Source: Candidatus Lloydbacteria bacterium | GTDB taxonomy: Bacteria > Patescibacteriota > Minisyncoccia > Phycocordibacterales > UBA6899 | Assembly: GCA_043719805.1 (NCBI GenBank) | Contig: JAYSTI010000001.1 | Coordinates: 80,230 to 144,229, forward strand | Length of the DNA stretch: 64,000 bases | Direction of reading: 5' to 3' | In this document: positions 19,567 through 28,770 of the stretch, piece by piece | How positions within the stretch are numbered: position 1 is the first letter of the stretch | Layout of the letters: every line of letters begins with the position of its first letter | Program-made: the position numbers and the translations under genes | Notes under the pieces: generated by a model | Database searches by the model: none | The model's input: the letters and a program-made list of their open reading frames with translations, nothing else | Told to the model about the DNA's origin: nothing

Positions 19567-19650
19567 GAAATGTGCCTTCGCTCTGATTCGCACATTACTA
19601 TACAGGACGCAGTACGTCAAAGACCGAAGGAGGTAACGACCGAAATTCGA

Positions 19651-20370
19651 CTATTGCTTTTTGTCGTCTTCCTGCCAGCCCTTTTTGTCGAGAGCGGACT
19701 GTGCCGCCACCTGCTCCGCGTCCTGTTTAGACGCCCCAAGTCCCGATGCAATAAGCTCGCTCCCAAGATACACGCCAACATCAAAACGCTTGTCGTGATC
19801 CGGTCCGGTTTCTTTGAGTACGATGTAGTTTGGGGTGATGCCCGTGCGTTCCTGCGCCTCCTCCTGAAAGCGACTCTTCGCATCTTGCCACAGGCGCTTC
19901 CCCACCACCTCGTCGAGGCGATTGAACAAGCTTCGTGCAATGAATTCTTTCGCTGCGTTGTAACCCTGGTCGAGAAATACCGCACCGATGACCGCCTCGA
20001 AGGTATTGGCGAGAATATACGAACGCGCGCGTCCTACGTCCTTTGTCTCTCCGCGTGAAAGCAAGAGATATTCATTCATATTCCAATCCGATGCGGCGTC
20101 TGATATCGAGTTGGTATTCACCAATGCCGATCGGTACGCCGTGAGTCTCCCCTCAGGCTCATCGGGATATTTCGCAAAAAGATATTCTGTTATGACAAGC
20201 TCAAGTACCGCATCGCCGAGAAACTCGAGGCGCTCGTTGTGCTTCATGTTTGTTCCGCGGTGCTCGTTCAAATATGAGCGATGCGTAAAAGCTTCACGCA
20301 GAAGCGTAAGGTCGTTGAACGTGACCCCCATTTCGGTCGCAAATTTTTCGTATTCAGCTAAATTATCCAT
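19651..20370 (-). CDS. rnc: ribonuclease III
   Basis: Signature ERLEFLGDAVLELVITEYLF and C-terminal dsRNA-binding domain. Confidence 0.9.
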   Translation of the reverse strand: MDNLAEYEKFATEMGVTFNDLTLLREAFTHRSYLNEHRGTNMKHNERLEFLGDAVLELVITEYLFAKYPDEPEGRLTAYRSALVNTNSISDAASDWNMNEYLLLSRGETKDVGRARSYILANTFEAVIGAVFLDQGYNAAKEFIARSLFNRLDEVVGKRLWQDAKSRFQEEAQERTGITPNYIVLKETGPDHDKRFDVGVYLGSELIASGLGASKQDAEQVAAQSALDKKGWQEDDKKQ

Positions 20371-20545
20371 ACCAGAACCTATCTCAAAAGCACTCGTTTT
20401 TTCCCACGTAAGCGTGGAGGAGTGTTTTTGAGAGCGGTCCTATTGTGAAATTACCACAGAACGTACTTTCTGGCAAACTATTGACTATTTCATATATTTG
20501 TGTACTATTACTTTGGATTACCCCGCAACCGCACAGGAGAATGCA

Positions 20546-20926
20546 ATGATTCCTCGCCTCGAATTTCCTGACAAAGCCGCGTCCGCCGATTTCATGACCA
20601 ATGCCCTCAAGGCCGAGTTCGATCACCAAGGACTCAATGAACTCGAACGCATGTGTGTGGCCGACATGATCATGCGCGACGAAATCGGGACCGGGACGCT
20701 GCTCCGCACTGTGATCTTTGCACATCTTTGCGCCAACGGTTTCACCCGCGGGCAGGTCGAAACGAAGATCGTGAACTTGCCCGATGACTTCCTCGAGCGC
20801 ATCGCGACTGAGGTCACACAGAGCGCCATCGCCGCAGGAATGGTGAGCCCGGCCGATGTGCTCCAGTCCCTTGCGAACAAAGTCATCGAGTACTGGAACG
20901 CGGAGCCGCTGCCGACCGCCACCTGA
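20546..20926 (+). CDS. hypothetical protein (126 aa)
   Basis: AGGAGA ribosome-binding site before the ATG at 20546; terminator directly downstream. Confidence 0.5.
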   Translation: MIPRLEFPDKAASADFMTNALKAEFDHQGLNELERMCVADMIMRDEIGTGTLLRTVIFAHLCANGFTRGQVETKIVNLPDDFLERIATEVTQSAIAAGMVSPADVLQSLANKVIEYWNAEPLPTAT

Positions 20927-20943
20927 GCCACGACCCACGGCTT

Positions 20944-20972
20944 ACTCCCCCTACACGAGGGGGAGTTTTATT
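20944..20972. terminator. bidirectional intrinsic terminator
   Basis: ctccccc-tacacga-gggggag with flanking T-run. Confidence 0.5.
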
Positions 20973-20997
20973 ATCAAAAAGATGCAGAGCGCACGCA

Positions 20998-21912
20998 CTA
21001 TGCACTCTTGGCCATCAGCGACGTAATCGCCTTGGTGATGATGGGCAGTATGTCGTCGTAGATGTTGAGGTCCAAAAGCTCTGACGCCTTGAACCAGCGC
21101 GCGTCGTCGAGGCCACCCTTCCCTTCTTCGAGCTCGAGCGGTTGAAATGGTGCTTCACCCAAAAAGTAATAGACGTGTTTACGAATCTTGCCCTTCTCGG
21201 GATGCGATGCGATGTACTCATTCTCGCCAAGCTTCTCGACGATGACGATGTCCGCGTTCATCTCTTCTTTGATTTCGCGAATGGTTCCCTGCTCGGCGTC
21301 TTCGCCCTCCTCGATGTGCCCCTTCGAGAGCGTCCAGTGTCCGAAAATGTCATGCACAAGTGCGAGGTGGAGTTCGCCTTTCTCATCGCGGCCGTAGACG
21401 ACTGCGCCACCCAACTGCTCGAGCGGAAGTGTCGCCGGGTCTATCAATGCATTTTTCTTGTCGCGCGATTGGGTCGTTTCATCTTTGCCCGGCTCACCGA
21501 TTTCTTTGTATACCGCACCCAAAACTCCGTTCACGAATTTGCCGCTGTTCTCTCCGCCGAATGTTTTTGCAAGCTCGATTGCTTCGTTGATGGCGACCTT
21601 CGGCGGGACTTCGTTGCGGTCACCAAAAAGCAGCTCATAGAGCCCAATACGCAGAACGTTGCGGTCTACTACCGAGATACGATCAATAGGCCATGCGGGA
21701 GCGGCCTTTTCGATAATGAGGTCAAGTTCTACTTGTTTCGCCAATACGTTCTGCAGGAGGTCTGACATGAACGTGGCGTCATTTAGCCCGGGAGCAAACT
21801 CTTCGATATTCCGAGCAAGTACTTCATCAACGTCTCCAATTTTGTGGGCGTTGAAGTCCCACTCAAAGAGGGATTGCAATACTATGCTTCTGGAAAGGTG
21901 CCTGTTCGCCAT
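20998..21912 (-). CDS. nusB: NusB antitermination factor fused to a C-terminal Nudix hydrolase domain (304 aa)
   Basis: N-terminal 150 aa match NusB (AAPAWPIDRISVVDRNVLRIGLYELLF, NGVLGAV); C-terminal domain carries a Nudix box GHIEEGEDAEQGTIREIKEEMNA; candidate promoter TTGACT-N17-TATACT upstream. Confidence 0.8.
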   Translation of the reverse strand: MANRHLSRSIVLQSLFEWDFNAHKIGDVDEVLARNIEEFAPGLNDATFMSDLLQNVLAKQVELDLIIEKAAPAWPIDRISVVDRNVLRIGLYELLFGDRNEVPPKVAINEAIELAKTFGGENSGKFVNGVLGAVYKEIGEPGKDETTQSRDKKNALIDPATLPLEQLGGAVVYGRDEKGELHLALVHDIFGHWTLSKGHIEEGEDAEQGTIREIKEEMNADIVIVEKLGENEYIASHPEKGKIRKHVYYFLGEAPFQPLELEEGKGGLDDARWFKASELLDLNIYDDILPIITKAITSLMAKSA

Positions 21913-21959
21913 ATAAGGTTCTTCATGAACAGTATAATCAAACTAGCGCTATATAGTCA

Positions 21960-21988
21960 AGAAAACCCCACTTTAATGGGGTTTTCAT
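21960..21988 (-). terminator. intrinsic terminator for rpmF
   Basis: aaaccccactttaatggggttt with T-run. Confidence 0.55.
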
Positions 21989-21999
21989 GTTTGTAATTG

Positions 22000-22317
22000 C
22001 TATTTTTTCTCCTTCTTTTCCTTTACCTCATTCTTCTCTTTTTTCTCTTTTGTTACTTTTGCTTCTTTCTTAGCCGGCTTCTTTGTCTCATTCTTCTTTT
22101 CCGGCTTTGCGCCTTCCAACTTCTTAGCAGCTTTTACGGCCTTCTTGAGGACGTCTACGACTAATCGGCCGCGGTATTTGCCGCAGTTCGAACAAACGCG
22201 ATGCATCAGATGCTTTGCTTTACAGTCTTTGCAGGTCTCAAAACGCGCCACTTTAAGGGCGTGATGGGAGCGGCGATTGCGGGTATGCCCGCTTGTGTGT
22301 CTCATGTGTACTACCAT
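22000..22317 (-). CDS. rpmF: 50S ribosomal protein L32 with Lys-rich C-terminal extension
   Basis: MVVHMRHTSGHTRNRRSHHALK aligns with the L32 N-terminus; CxxC...CxxC zinc ribbon; KKEKKEK tail. Confidence 0.8.
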   Translation of the reverse strand: MVVHMRHTSGHTRNRRSHHALKVARFETCKDCKAKHLMHRVCSNCGKYRGRLVVDVLKKAVKAAKKLEGAKPEKKNETKKPAKKEAKVTKEKKEKNEVKEKKEKK

Positions 22318-22368
22318 AGTGCTCTAGAGTATACGCAAATCAATTTTTTTCGCAAGTTTTCTGGGGAC

Positions 22369-22716
22369 ATGCTAGGATTTGTGAGGAAAAACAGTGTGGA
22401 GCATGGTATGACCAAGCAATCTATCGACGAGATGATCCTTGACCCCGGTTTGTCTGACGACGCGGTGCACGACGAGCTCGTGAACGCACCAATGGATGGT
22501 GTTCCTGATGTGCATCGTGACGGCCTCACGCACGACGAATGGATCGAGCAAATGGAAGCATTCCAGGAACAGCTCAATCGGCAAGGGGAGCTGCTCCGAA
22601 AGCATCGCCCGCAAGTTTGGGAGCGCATCGTCAGGGAGACGCTCGAACAACACAATGGTTGTTGCGGCGGATGCGGCGGAGATGAAGGCTGCACCGGAGG
22701 AGGCTGCAAGCATTGA
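22369..22716 (+). CDS. hypothetical small protein with Cys/Gly-rich C-terminal tail (about 115 aa; start uncertain, ATG also at 22408 with a GGAG ribosome-binding site)
   Basis: Acidic helical region followed by HNGCCGGCGGDEGCTGGGCKH; terminator directly downstream; divergent from rpmF. Confidence 0.4.
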   Translation: MLGFVRKNSVEHGMTKQSIDEMILDPGLSDDAVHDELVNAPMDGVPDVHRDGLTHDEWIEQMEAFQEQLNRQGELLRKHRPQVWERIVRETLEQHNGCCGGCGGDEGCTGGGCKH

Positions 22717-22746
22717 AAAAAACCCCGCGTGTGCGGGGTTTTGTTT
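22716..22746. terminator. bidirectional intrinsic terminator
   Basis: aaaaaaaccccgcgtgtgcggggttttgttt. Confidence 0.6.
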
Positions 22747-22753
22747 ATAGGGT

Positions 22754-23029
22754 CTATCCAGGTAATGCTGGGTGGGAGAAAACGGTGAATCCCCACTCTT
22801 CTTCTTGCAAGACGAGTGCGATGAAATGCTGCAGATCTTTCGCGGTCACGCCTTCGACCCAGATGTTGAAGTGTTTCTCGGTCACAACCACTTCACACTG
22901 CGGAAAGCCGCGCTCCACTCGGTCGAACAATGCGTTCTCCCAATCCCCGGTCAGCCCCGACACCGTCACGACGCTCTCGTTTGTCGCGGAAAATGAAAGG
23001 ATGACTGCCTTGTCACCATTATCGGTCAT
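22754..23029 (-). CDS. hypothetical small protein (91 aa)
   Basis: AGAGGAG ribosome-binding site 9 nt upstream; terminator downstream. Confidence 0.5.
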   Translation of the reverse strand: MTDNGDKAVILSFSATNESVVTVSGLTGDWENALFDRVERGFPQCEVVVTEKHFNIWVEGVTAKDLQHFIALVLQEEEWGFTVFSHPALPG

Positions 23030-23127
23030 GCGCGCTACTCCTCTGTTGAAATCGATGAACTAACGATGAAGCCAATCTACCGCGCAGAATTAATTTGTAA
23101 AGGTCATATTCGGGTGCACGCGCCCAT

Positions 23128-23154
23128 GAAAAAACCCCGCATGCGGGGTTTTCG
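23128..23154 (-). terminator. intrinsic terminator, similar in sequence to 22716..22746
   Basis: aaaaaaccccgcatgcggggttttcg. Confidence 0.55.
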
Positions 23155-23173
23155 ATTGCCTGAGACAAGAACA

Positions 23174-23419
23174 TCAGTCGGGTGCGACCTCGTAACCCGC
23201 TTCCTCGCAGTGATTGACGATGCGGAGGTAAAGGCGCAGTGAGAGCTCGGGGGCAATAGAGAATGCGTACGGAGGCCCGACTGATGCGGAAATTGTCGAT
23301 TCGCCGAACTCACTCTCCATATCACCATAGAGCTCGTCCAGTTCTTCCGGGGAAAGTCCGGCGACAGAAATGCGACCGGCATGTTTGCTCGGCGAAATTA
23401 CGACCATCTTCGTTGCCAT
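23174..23419 (-). CDS. hypothetical small acidic protein (81 aa)
   Basis: AGGAA upstream of the ATG; followed by a terminator. Confidence 0.45.
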   Translation of the reverse strand: MATKMVVISPSKHAGRISVAGLSPEELDELYGDMESEFGESTISASVGPPYAFSIAPELSLRLYLRIVNHCEEAGYEVAPD

Positions 23420-23487
23420 TCGGTGTTCCTATGTACGCGTTGTCCTAAAATGTATAGTACTGTTTTTCTTATCTGCGTCAATGGCCA

Positions 23488-25239
23488 CTAGTTTGCATTC
23501 AACGCGGCGCGTGTGGAGGGACCGACACTGCCCACTTGTTCGAGACCCTTTGATGCTTGGAATTTTTTGACGGCCTCTGCGGTAGTAGCGTCAAACGTAC
23601 TCCCTGCGACTCTGAGGAGGAAGCCGAGTTTCGCGAGTTTCATCTCCATCTGCAAGACCTCGTTGCCGCTTGCACCAAGCGCGAGTGGTAATGTGAAACG
23701 ATAGTTTGCACCCGTGGTCGTGGTAGCGCCGACGCCTCCGACTACTGCATTCAGTTTTGCCCGTGTGCCCGGACCCACATTCCCCACCGACTCGAGACCC
23801 TTGGACGCTTGGAATTTTTTGACGGCCACGGCGGTAAGCGGGCCGAAATTACCATTTGGAATTGCGGTTAAAAATCCTAGTCGAACGAGTAACTGTTGAA
23901 GTGCAAGCACCTCGGTACCGGAAGAACCGATGGCGAGACTTTTTGCAAAGTAGTATCCGGGCGCTTGCGGTGCCATGAGTCCCGCGACCGGAGGAGCTAT
24001 TGGAGCGGCGACCGCACTGACAACAGGAATCGGTACGACGATGACGGCGGCGGGCACAACCTTGATATCCTTGCGAACGGATGCGTAGTTGCCGTAAGTA
24101 TCAGTCGCGTTTATCGCGATGTTGTGAAGGCCGATATCACCGGACTTGGGCGTCCAAACAAAAAGTCCTGATGCACTGATGTTGTCGGTCGTTATCGATG
24201 AGCCACCGGGATAGTTATCCGATGCGGTATATGTCGGAGTTGCAAGCCCCACCAAATTCACATTAAATTTCACAAGTGTCCCGACAGTCACCGTATCACC
24301 GGGAGTAAGCCCGTCGATGGCAAGTGCCGGGTCCTGTACGGTGATTATCTGATTGAGAACGGAAATTGCTCCGGTGCTATCACTGATAACAACATTAATA
24401 TTGTGCACTCCGGTTTGACTCCGAAGCGGTACCCATGAAAATGAGCCTCCGGCAGTCATGCTGTCACTCGTGATGGTGGTTGGGGAATACGTGTCACGCA
24501 CCGTAATTGTCGGCGAAGTAAATCCGGGTGCGGTCACACTAAAAGACACCGTCGCCCCCACCGGAGTGGTCGTCCCGGGAATAAGAGAAACAATCTCAGG
24601 TTTTGGTGCAGGACTCACGGTAATATCCTGAGTTAATTCCGCATAGTGACTTGATCGATCAGAAACATTAATCATCATTTTGTGCGGCCCGATATCTGAG
24701 TATTGCGGCCACCAAGAAAACGCGCCGGAAGAGTTGAGTCTGGAATTTGAAAGCGTACTTCCACCGACACTGTCCCCCAGCCAGAACGTCGGGCTTGTAA
24801 AACCGACGGGGGTTACCTGAAACGTCATTTGCTTTCCCACATACGCGGCAGGACCGTTGACCATTCCCGTAATCGAAATACTCGGCAAAATGACGGTAAT
24901 GGACTGGGCGACCGTCGCAGAATTTCCGGCATTATCCGTAGCGGAAATAGTGATATTATGCACGCCCACATCGCGATTCGTTGGCGTCCAAGAAAAATTT
25001 CCGGAAGCATTGATGTTGGGGGTCAGACTGGTCCCCGCATCGTCTACTGTATACGTCGGCGAAGTCAGGCCTGTTTGAACGACCGAGAATGTTACCGGGG
25101 AATTTATCGATACCGTCGTACCCGGAGAAAGCGACTGGATAGTTAGCGATCCGGCGGCCTCTACAAATGACAGCGGCGTGAGTAGAGCGAATAAAAAAGA
25201 AATAAAATAAAAGGAGCTACTGCGTAGTGCGTGTATCAT
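23488..25239 (-). CDS. secreted protein with five tandem Ig-like repeats and two C-terminal peptidoglycan-binding (PG_binding_1) domains
   Basis: Signal peptide; about 95-aa repeats (LSPGTTVSINSPVTFSVVQTG...FSWTP...GVHNI); two copies of LALGASGNEVLQMEMKLAKLGFL...KKFQASKGLE; DNA-level internal tandem repeats. Confidence 0.8.
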   Translation of the reverse strand: MIHALRSSSFYFISFLFALLTPLSFVEAAGSLTIQSLSPGTTVSINSPVTFSVVQTGLTSPTYTVDDAGTSLTPNINASGNFSWTPTNRDVGVHNITISATDNAGNSATVAQSITVILPSISITGMVNGPAAYVGKQMTFQVTPVGFTSPTFWLGDSVGGSTLSNSRLNSSGAFSWWPQYSDIGPHKMMINVSDRSSHYAELTQDITVSPAPKPEIVSLIPGTTTPVGATVSFSVTAPGFTSPTITVRDTYSPTTITSDSMTAGGSFSWVPLRSQTGVHNINVVISDSTGAISVLNQIITVQDPALAIDGLTPGDTVTVGTLVKFNVNLVGLATPTYTASDNYPGGSSITTDNISASGLFVWTPKSGDIGLHNIAINATDTYGNYASVRKDIKVVPAAVIVVPIPVVSAVAAPIAPPVAGLMAPQAPGYYFAKSLAIGSSGTEVLALQQLLVRLGFLTAIPNGNFGPLTAVAVKKFQASKGLESVGNVGPGTRAKLNAVVGGVGATTTTGANYRFTLPLALGASGNEVLQMEMKLAKLGFLLRVAGSTFDATTAEAVKKFQASKGLEQVGSVGPSTRAALNAN

Positions 25240-25417
25240 ACTCCTATTCTACTACTGTATAAATGATACGACAACAAAATATGCACCTATGGCGCCTACC
25301 GCAATATGTGCAGTCAGGACATAAGATGGCAAATGGAGTACGAGAAGAAAACTTGCTCCAGATTGACAGCTATCGTCACTCGACTATCATGCATATTGGA
25401 CTTGTTCAGGAGAAGAA

Positions 25418-25825
25418 ATGTTCAAAACAGTGCTCGCCCTATTCCTCTCAGTTTTTTTGCCGCTTGCTGTGGCGCAACAGCCTCGAGGCATAACTCCCGC
25501 AAATTATTCCGGAGTAGTAGTCGACGTTTCGTGCGTGATTCGCGGAGTACCGATCAGGGTCTATGGCGAAGTTATCGTCGTCAGCGTAAAGCAACGCATA
25601 CAAGCCATTACATACTCAAAAGGGGGTAAGGTGGTGGCGCGTTCCTCTATGACGATTGAAAATACGACACTACTGGGAATGTCGACTGATTTATTGGACG
25701 CCACCGGTGGAGTTGTTCGCACAATACCATCCGGCAAGCCAATGGAAGCGTCGGAGGCCATACGAGTGGCACTCGGCGTTTCGGCAAGTGAGCTCAAAGA
25801 GTGTGTATCTCGCAAAACAAAATGA
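25418..25825 (+). CDS. secreted hypothetical protein (135 aa)
   Basis: Promoter TTGACA-N16-TATCAT upstream; signal peptide MFKTVLALFLSVFLPLAVAQ. Confidence 0.55.
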   Translation: MFKTVLALFLSVFLPLAVAQQPRGITPANYSGVVVDVSCVIRGVPIRVYGEVIVVSVKQRIQAITYSKGGKVVARSSMTIENTTLLGMSTDLLDATGGVVRTIPSGKPMEASEAIRVALGVSASELKECVSRKTK

Positions 25826-25835
25826 AAAATGGTGC

Positions 25836-25862
25836 AAAAAGCGGACGCATGTCCGTTTTTTT
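25836..25862. terminator. bidirectional intrinsic terminator
   Basis: cggac-gcat-gtccg flanked by A5/T8. Confidence 0.55.
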
Positions 25863-26463
25863 ACAAAAAATTATTTGTAATCCGCGTGCAAAAACTTCGA
25901 CGATGAATCGGGGACATTCCGTATTTTTTTATCGCCGCCATGTGTAATGCGGTGCCGTAGCCGACATGTCGGTCGAAGCCGTACGCGGAATATTTTTTAT
26001 GCATGCGCAACATGAGTCGGTCGCGCTCAACCTTCGCAACTACTGAAGCGATGGCGATAATGGTTTCCTTTGCATCTCCGCGGATGATGGTTGCTTGATT
26101 CATGAATTCCGCAGGAGCACGCAATCCACCATCGAGGAGAACGCGGACGTTCTTCGGGTTTGGCGAAAGTTTTTTGAGACCACATAAGGCTGCCTTATGT
26201 ATAGCGGGGTTGACTCCCCTCCTGTCTATCATCTGCGCGGAAACGAAGGACACGGCAAATTGAATTCCGCTTTTCGGCGCACAAATTTTTTTGTACCATT
26301 CTTCACGTTGAATGCGAGACAGTTGTTTTGATTCTTTTATTTTTTTAAATTTACGAATTGTGGCACGAGTCGCCATCGCAACGCCAACGGCCACAGGACC
26401 CGCAAGCGGCCCACGCCCCACTTCGTCCACACCTATGATAAATTTTACTTTGGCATTCTTCAC
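25861..26463 (-). CDS. rnhB: ribonuclease HII
   Basis: GVDEVGRGPLAGPVAVGV and the downstream catalytic region typical of RNase HII. Confidence 0.9.
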   Translation of the reverse strand: MKNAKVKFIIGVDEVGRGPLAGPVAVGVAMATRATIRKFKKIKESKQLSRIQREEWYKKICAPKSGIQFAVSFVSAQMIDRRGVNPAIHKAALCGLKKLSPNPKNVRVLLDGGLRAPAEFMNQATIIRGDAKETIIAIASVVAKVERDRLMLRMHKKYSAYGFDRHVGYGTALHMAAIKKYGMSPIHRRSFCTRITNNFL

Positions 26464-26512
26464 GTATTTCAGTATACAACCTAAAACATGAGGATATGTT
26501 CGGCAAAGAAAG

Positions 26513-26558
26513 AAAAAGAGCGACCTTGCGGTCGCTCATTGCACAAAATGTGCGAAAC
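26513..26558 (-). terminator. conserved terminator module, copy 1 (gagcgacc-gcaa-ggtcgctc plus T-run)
   Basis: Starts at the flotillin stop codon; about 95% identical to the module at 28083..28126, including the flanking AAGTAAGTTCGCACA..TTTGTGCAATG. Confidence 0.6.
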
Positions 26559-27953
26559 TTACTTCAGACTTGCCGATTCCTCACCGGCAGCACCATCCAC
26601 GGGCTGCACTGCTTCTTTGACGGCCGGAGCCACGAGCGTCATGCCCATCTTGCCCTTCAGTGCACCCAGGATCGCTTCACCTTGAGGGGTGTTGCTGAGC
26701 GCCTCGAGCATGCCGCCCAGAGCCAGTCCGCCCTTCGGGGAGAACAGGTCCATGGCGCTCTTCACGCCGGTGCTGATGTCGCCCGCATTGGCGATGACCT
26801 TGATCTCTGCGGCCTTCAGCGCTTCCGCTTGTGCGGTGCCCACAACCTGATTCGCTTCGACAGTGCGGAGCGTCACGAGGTACTGCTGGTAACCGGCATT
26901 CTCGCCGATTTCCTTCGCGAGGGTGATCTGCGCCGTGACCGGAGCCATGAGCAGCGCCGTTTCCGCCGCAGCCTTTGCTTCGCCGGCAACACGAACGCCT
27001 TCCGAATGACGCTGCGTCGCTGCAAGTGCACCTTCGGCCTCAAGTGTGACGGTCTGCTTGGTCTGCTCGGCAGCAACCACGGCGGCTTCACGCGTGATCT
27101 CGGCCTGACGCACCTGCTCGACTTTCTTCACGTCCATGGCACGCTCCATGGTCACTTTTTCCTCGGCCTTCACTTCCTGATGGGCCTTCTGGAGCGCGAT
27201 ACCGACGGCCTTGTCTTTGTCCGCTGTGCGCTGACCAACGGCCTGCTGGGCTTCTTGCTCGCGAATGTCGACGGTCTGCTTGGCGTTGATTTCAGCAGTC
27301 TCGGCAGCCTGATTATTCTGCGCAACGGCTACGCGACTTTCCATCGCAATGTGCGACGTCTTCTTCGCCATGATGTTGGTAATGACCTTGCTGTCATGGC
27401 CGTCGCGAATGTCCATGAGTTCCATCGTCTTCACAGACTCGACGCCCCATTGCTTGAGTTGCTCTGCGACTTCCGCAGTGAACGCCTGTCCAAACTTGGC
27501 GCGCTCGAGCATGATGACGTCGATGACGTCGGACGCGAGCACCTTTCGTACGGCACCCTTCGTGATTAGGTCAAGCTGCTCTTTCAGCCCCTCGACCGTT
27601 GCAACACGCTGCGCCGCAAGCGAAGTCTCGGCAATGCGATAGAACGCAGTGACGTCGACCTTGAATGGGACGCGGTCCTTGTCGTATGCCTCATAGCCTT
27701 CCAGCTTGAGGTTGAAGTTGCTCACGGGCAGCACGATGCGCGTGACGCCGATGATCGGCACCCAGCTCGGCCAGTTGTAATAGACGTTGCCGCCTTCCTG
27801 TCCGGTACCGTACGATGTCGTCTTCTTCTTGGACTGCACGATGTGCACCATGTTGGTCTCGACGACCTTACGGAAGATGAGAGGGATGAATATGCCGACA
27901 ACAAGAAGGACGATGAGTCCGACGACCCCACCAAGCAAGGAGATGATTTCCAT
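26559..27953 (-). CDS. flotillin / SPFH (band 7) domain protein
   Basis: N-terminal TM helix, SPFH domain, long Ala/Glu/Gln-rich coiled-coil typical of FloT/YqiK; ATG at 27953 with AAGGAAA ribosome-binding site. Confidence 0.85.
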   Translation of the reverse strand: MEIISLLGGVVGLIVLLVVGIFIPLIFRKVVETNMVHIVQSKKKTTSYGTGQEGGNVYYNWPSWVPIIGVTRIVLPVSNFNLKLEGYEAYDKDRVPFKVDVTAFYRIAETSLAAQRVATVEGLKEQLDLITKGAVRKVLASDVIDVIMLERAKFGQAFTAEVAEQLKQWGVESVKTMELMDIRDGHDSKVITNIMAKKTSHIAMESRVAVAQNNQAAETAEINAKQTVDIREQEAQQAVGQRTADKDKAVGIALQKAHQEVKAEEKVTMERAMDVKKVEQVRQAEITREAAVVAAEQTKQTVTLEAEGALAATQRHSEGVRVAGEAKAAAETALLMAPVTAQITLAKEIGENAGYQQYLVTLRTVEANQVVGTAQAEALKAAEIKVIANAGDISTGVKSAMDLFSPKGGLALGGMLEALSNTPQGEAILGALKGKMGMTLVAPAVKEAVQPVDGAAGEESASLK

Positions 27954-28065
27954 TCCAGATTTCCTTTTCAATTCAGAGAACACACGCAATTACCCTTGCG
28001 TTATGGGTCGCCACTTTCGTAGCATTTTCCGAGTGCACACTACCATCATCGACAATGAGTGTCAA
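27954..28065 (-). promoter_or_regulatory. promoter TTGACA-N17-TAGTGT plus conserved about 77-nt structured 5' leader (copy 1)
   Basis: -35 at 28060..28065, -10 at 28037..28042; leader CGGAAAAUGCUACGAAAGUGGCGACCCAUAACGCAAGGGUAAUUGCGU... contains a GNRA-capped hairpin and an ACGCAA/UUGCGU hairpin and is about 85% identical to 29161..29236. Confidence 0.5.
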
Positions 28066-28082
28066 TAAAAAATGGCAAAGAA

Positions 28083-28126
28083 AAAAGAGCGACCTTGCGG
28101 TCGCTCATTGCACAAACTGTGCGAAC
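28083..28126 (-). terminator. conserved terminator module, copy 2
   Basis: Identical hairpin gagcgaccgcaaggtcgctc plus T6, directly after the lipoprotein stop codon. Confidence 0.6.
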
Positions 28127-28732
28127 TTACTTCTTGGCCAGCGGATCTGCCGGCGCCGTCTTGGCAGGAGCAGAACGATCCGGCTCGTTCACGGCACCTT
28201 TCTGGGGCCACGGGAAAGCGCTGACCTTCTCCTCGGCATACACCGCTTCCGCCTTGTTGTTGATCGGACTGATGCAAATGATGCCCGTACCTTCGGCAGT
28301 CGACGGCGGGAAGACCCCGTTGGGTTCGGCTTGGGGCAAACGTGTCACTCCCCAAGTCCAGCCATGTTCCGAGTCAGCGCCATAGCGAGGGTCCCGCACG
28401 CGGTAACGCTGCATGGATTCGCCGGCGGAGTACTGCGTGCCCCCCGGAATCGGATAGCCGATGGAATCGCAGAAATAAATCCATTGACCCTGCATGTTCT
28501 TCGTGTAGGTGTAGGTCAGGAGATTCGCCTTGTCGCGCTGCTCGTACCAGTACCGGACACCACGCATGTCGCGGTAGTTGACGATGTCCGGCATGCCGAC
28601 CTGTTGCGCGCCCTCCAGGTTGATCGCCGCCTGCTGGTCACGCTGTGCATCGTTGGCAGTGGCCGGCGGAGGCTTTTGGCAGCCCGCGAGTGCGAGGCCG
28701 ACGAACAAGAGGGCAATCAGTTGGGTTTTCAT
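28127..28732 (-). CDS. lipoprotein (201 aa), function unknown
   Basis: Signal peptide with lipobox LALAGC; Pro/Gly-rich mature region. Confidence 0.65.
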   Translation of the reverse strand: MKTQLIALLFVGLALAGCQKPPPATANDAQRDQQAAINLEGAQQVGMPDIVNYRDMRGVRYWYEQRDKANLLTYTYTKNMQGQWIYFCDSIGYPIPGGTQYSAGESMQRYRVRDPRYGADSEHGWTWGVTRLPQAEPNGVFPPSTAEGTGIICISPINNKAEAVYAEEKVSAFPWPQKGAVNEPDRSAPAKTAPADPLAKK

Positions 28733-28770
28733 CTTTGTTTCCTTCAGGTGATGGTGGGATGGAAGCGGGC

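Noticed and set aside
20384-20938. 184-aa minus-strand ORF overlapping CDS 20546..20926
   Set aside because: The + strand ORF has a ribosome-binding site and is followed by a terminator; the minus ORF has neither.
22201-22408. Upstream extension of the Cys-tail protein ORF overlapping rpmF
   Set aside because: It would overlap rpmF on the opposite strand by more than 100 nt; the internal ATGs at 22369 and 22408 are more plausible.
26496-27569. 357-aa + strand ORF, and also 28055..28813 and 28645..29265
   Set aside because: Antisense to flotillin and the lipoprotein/TM genes in a GC-rich region where long spurious ORFs are expected. The minus-strand genes have ribosome-binding sites, domain matches and conserved leader and terminator modules.
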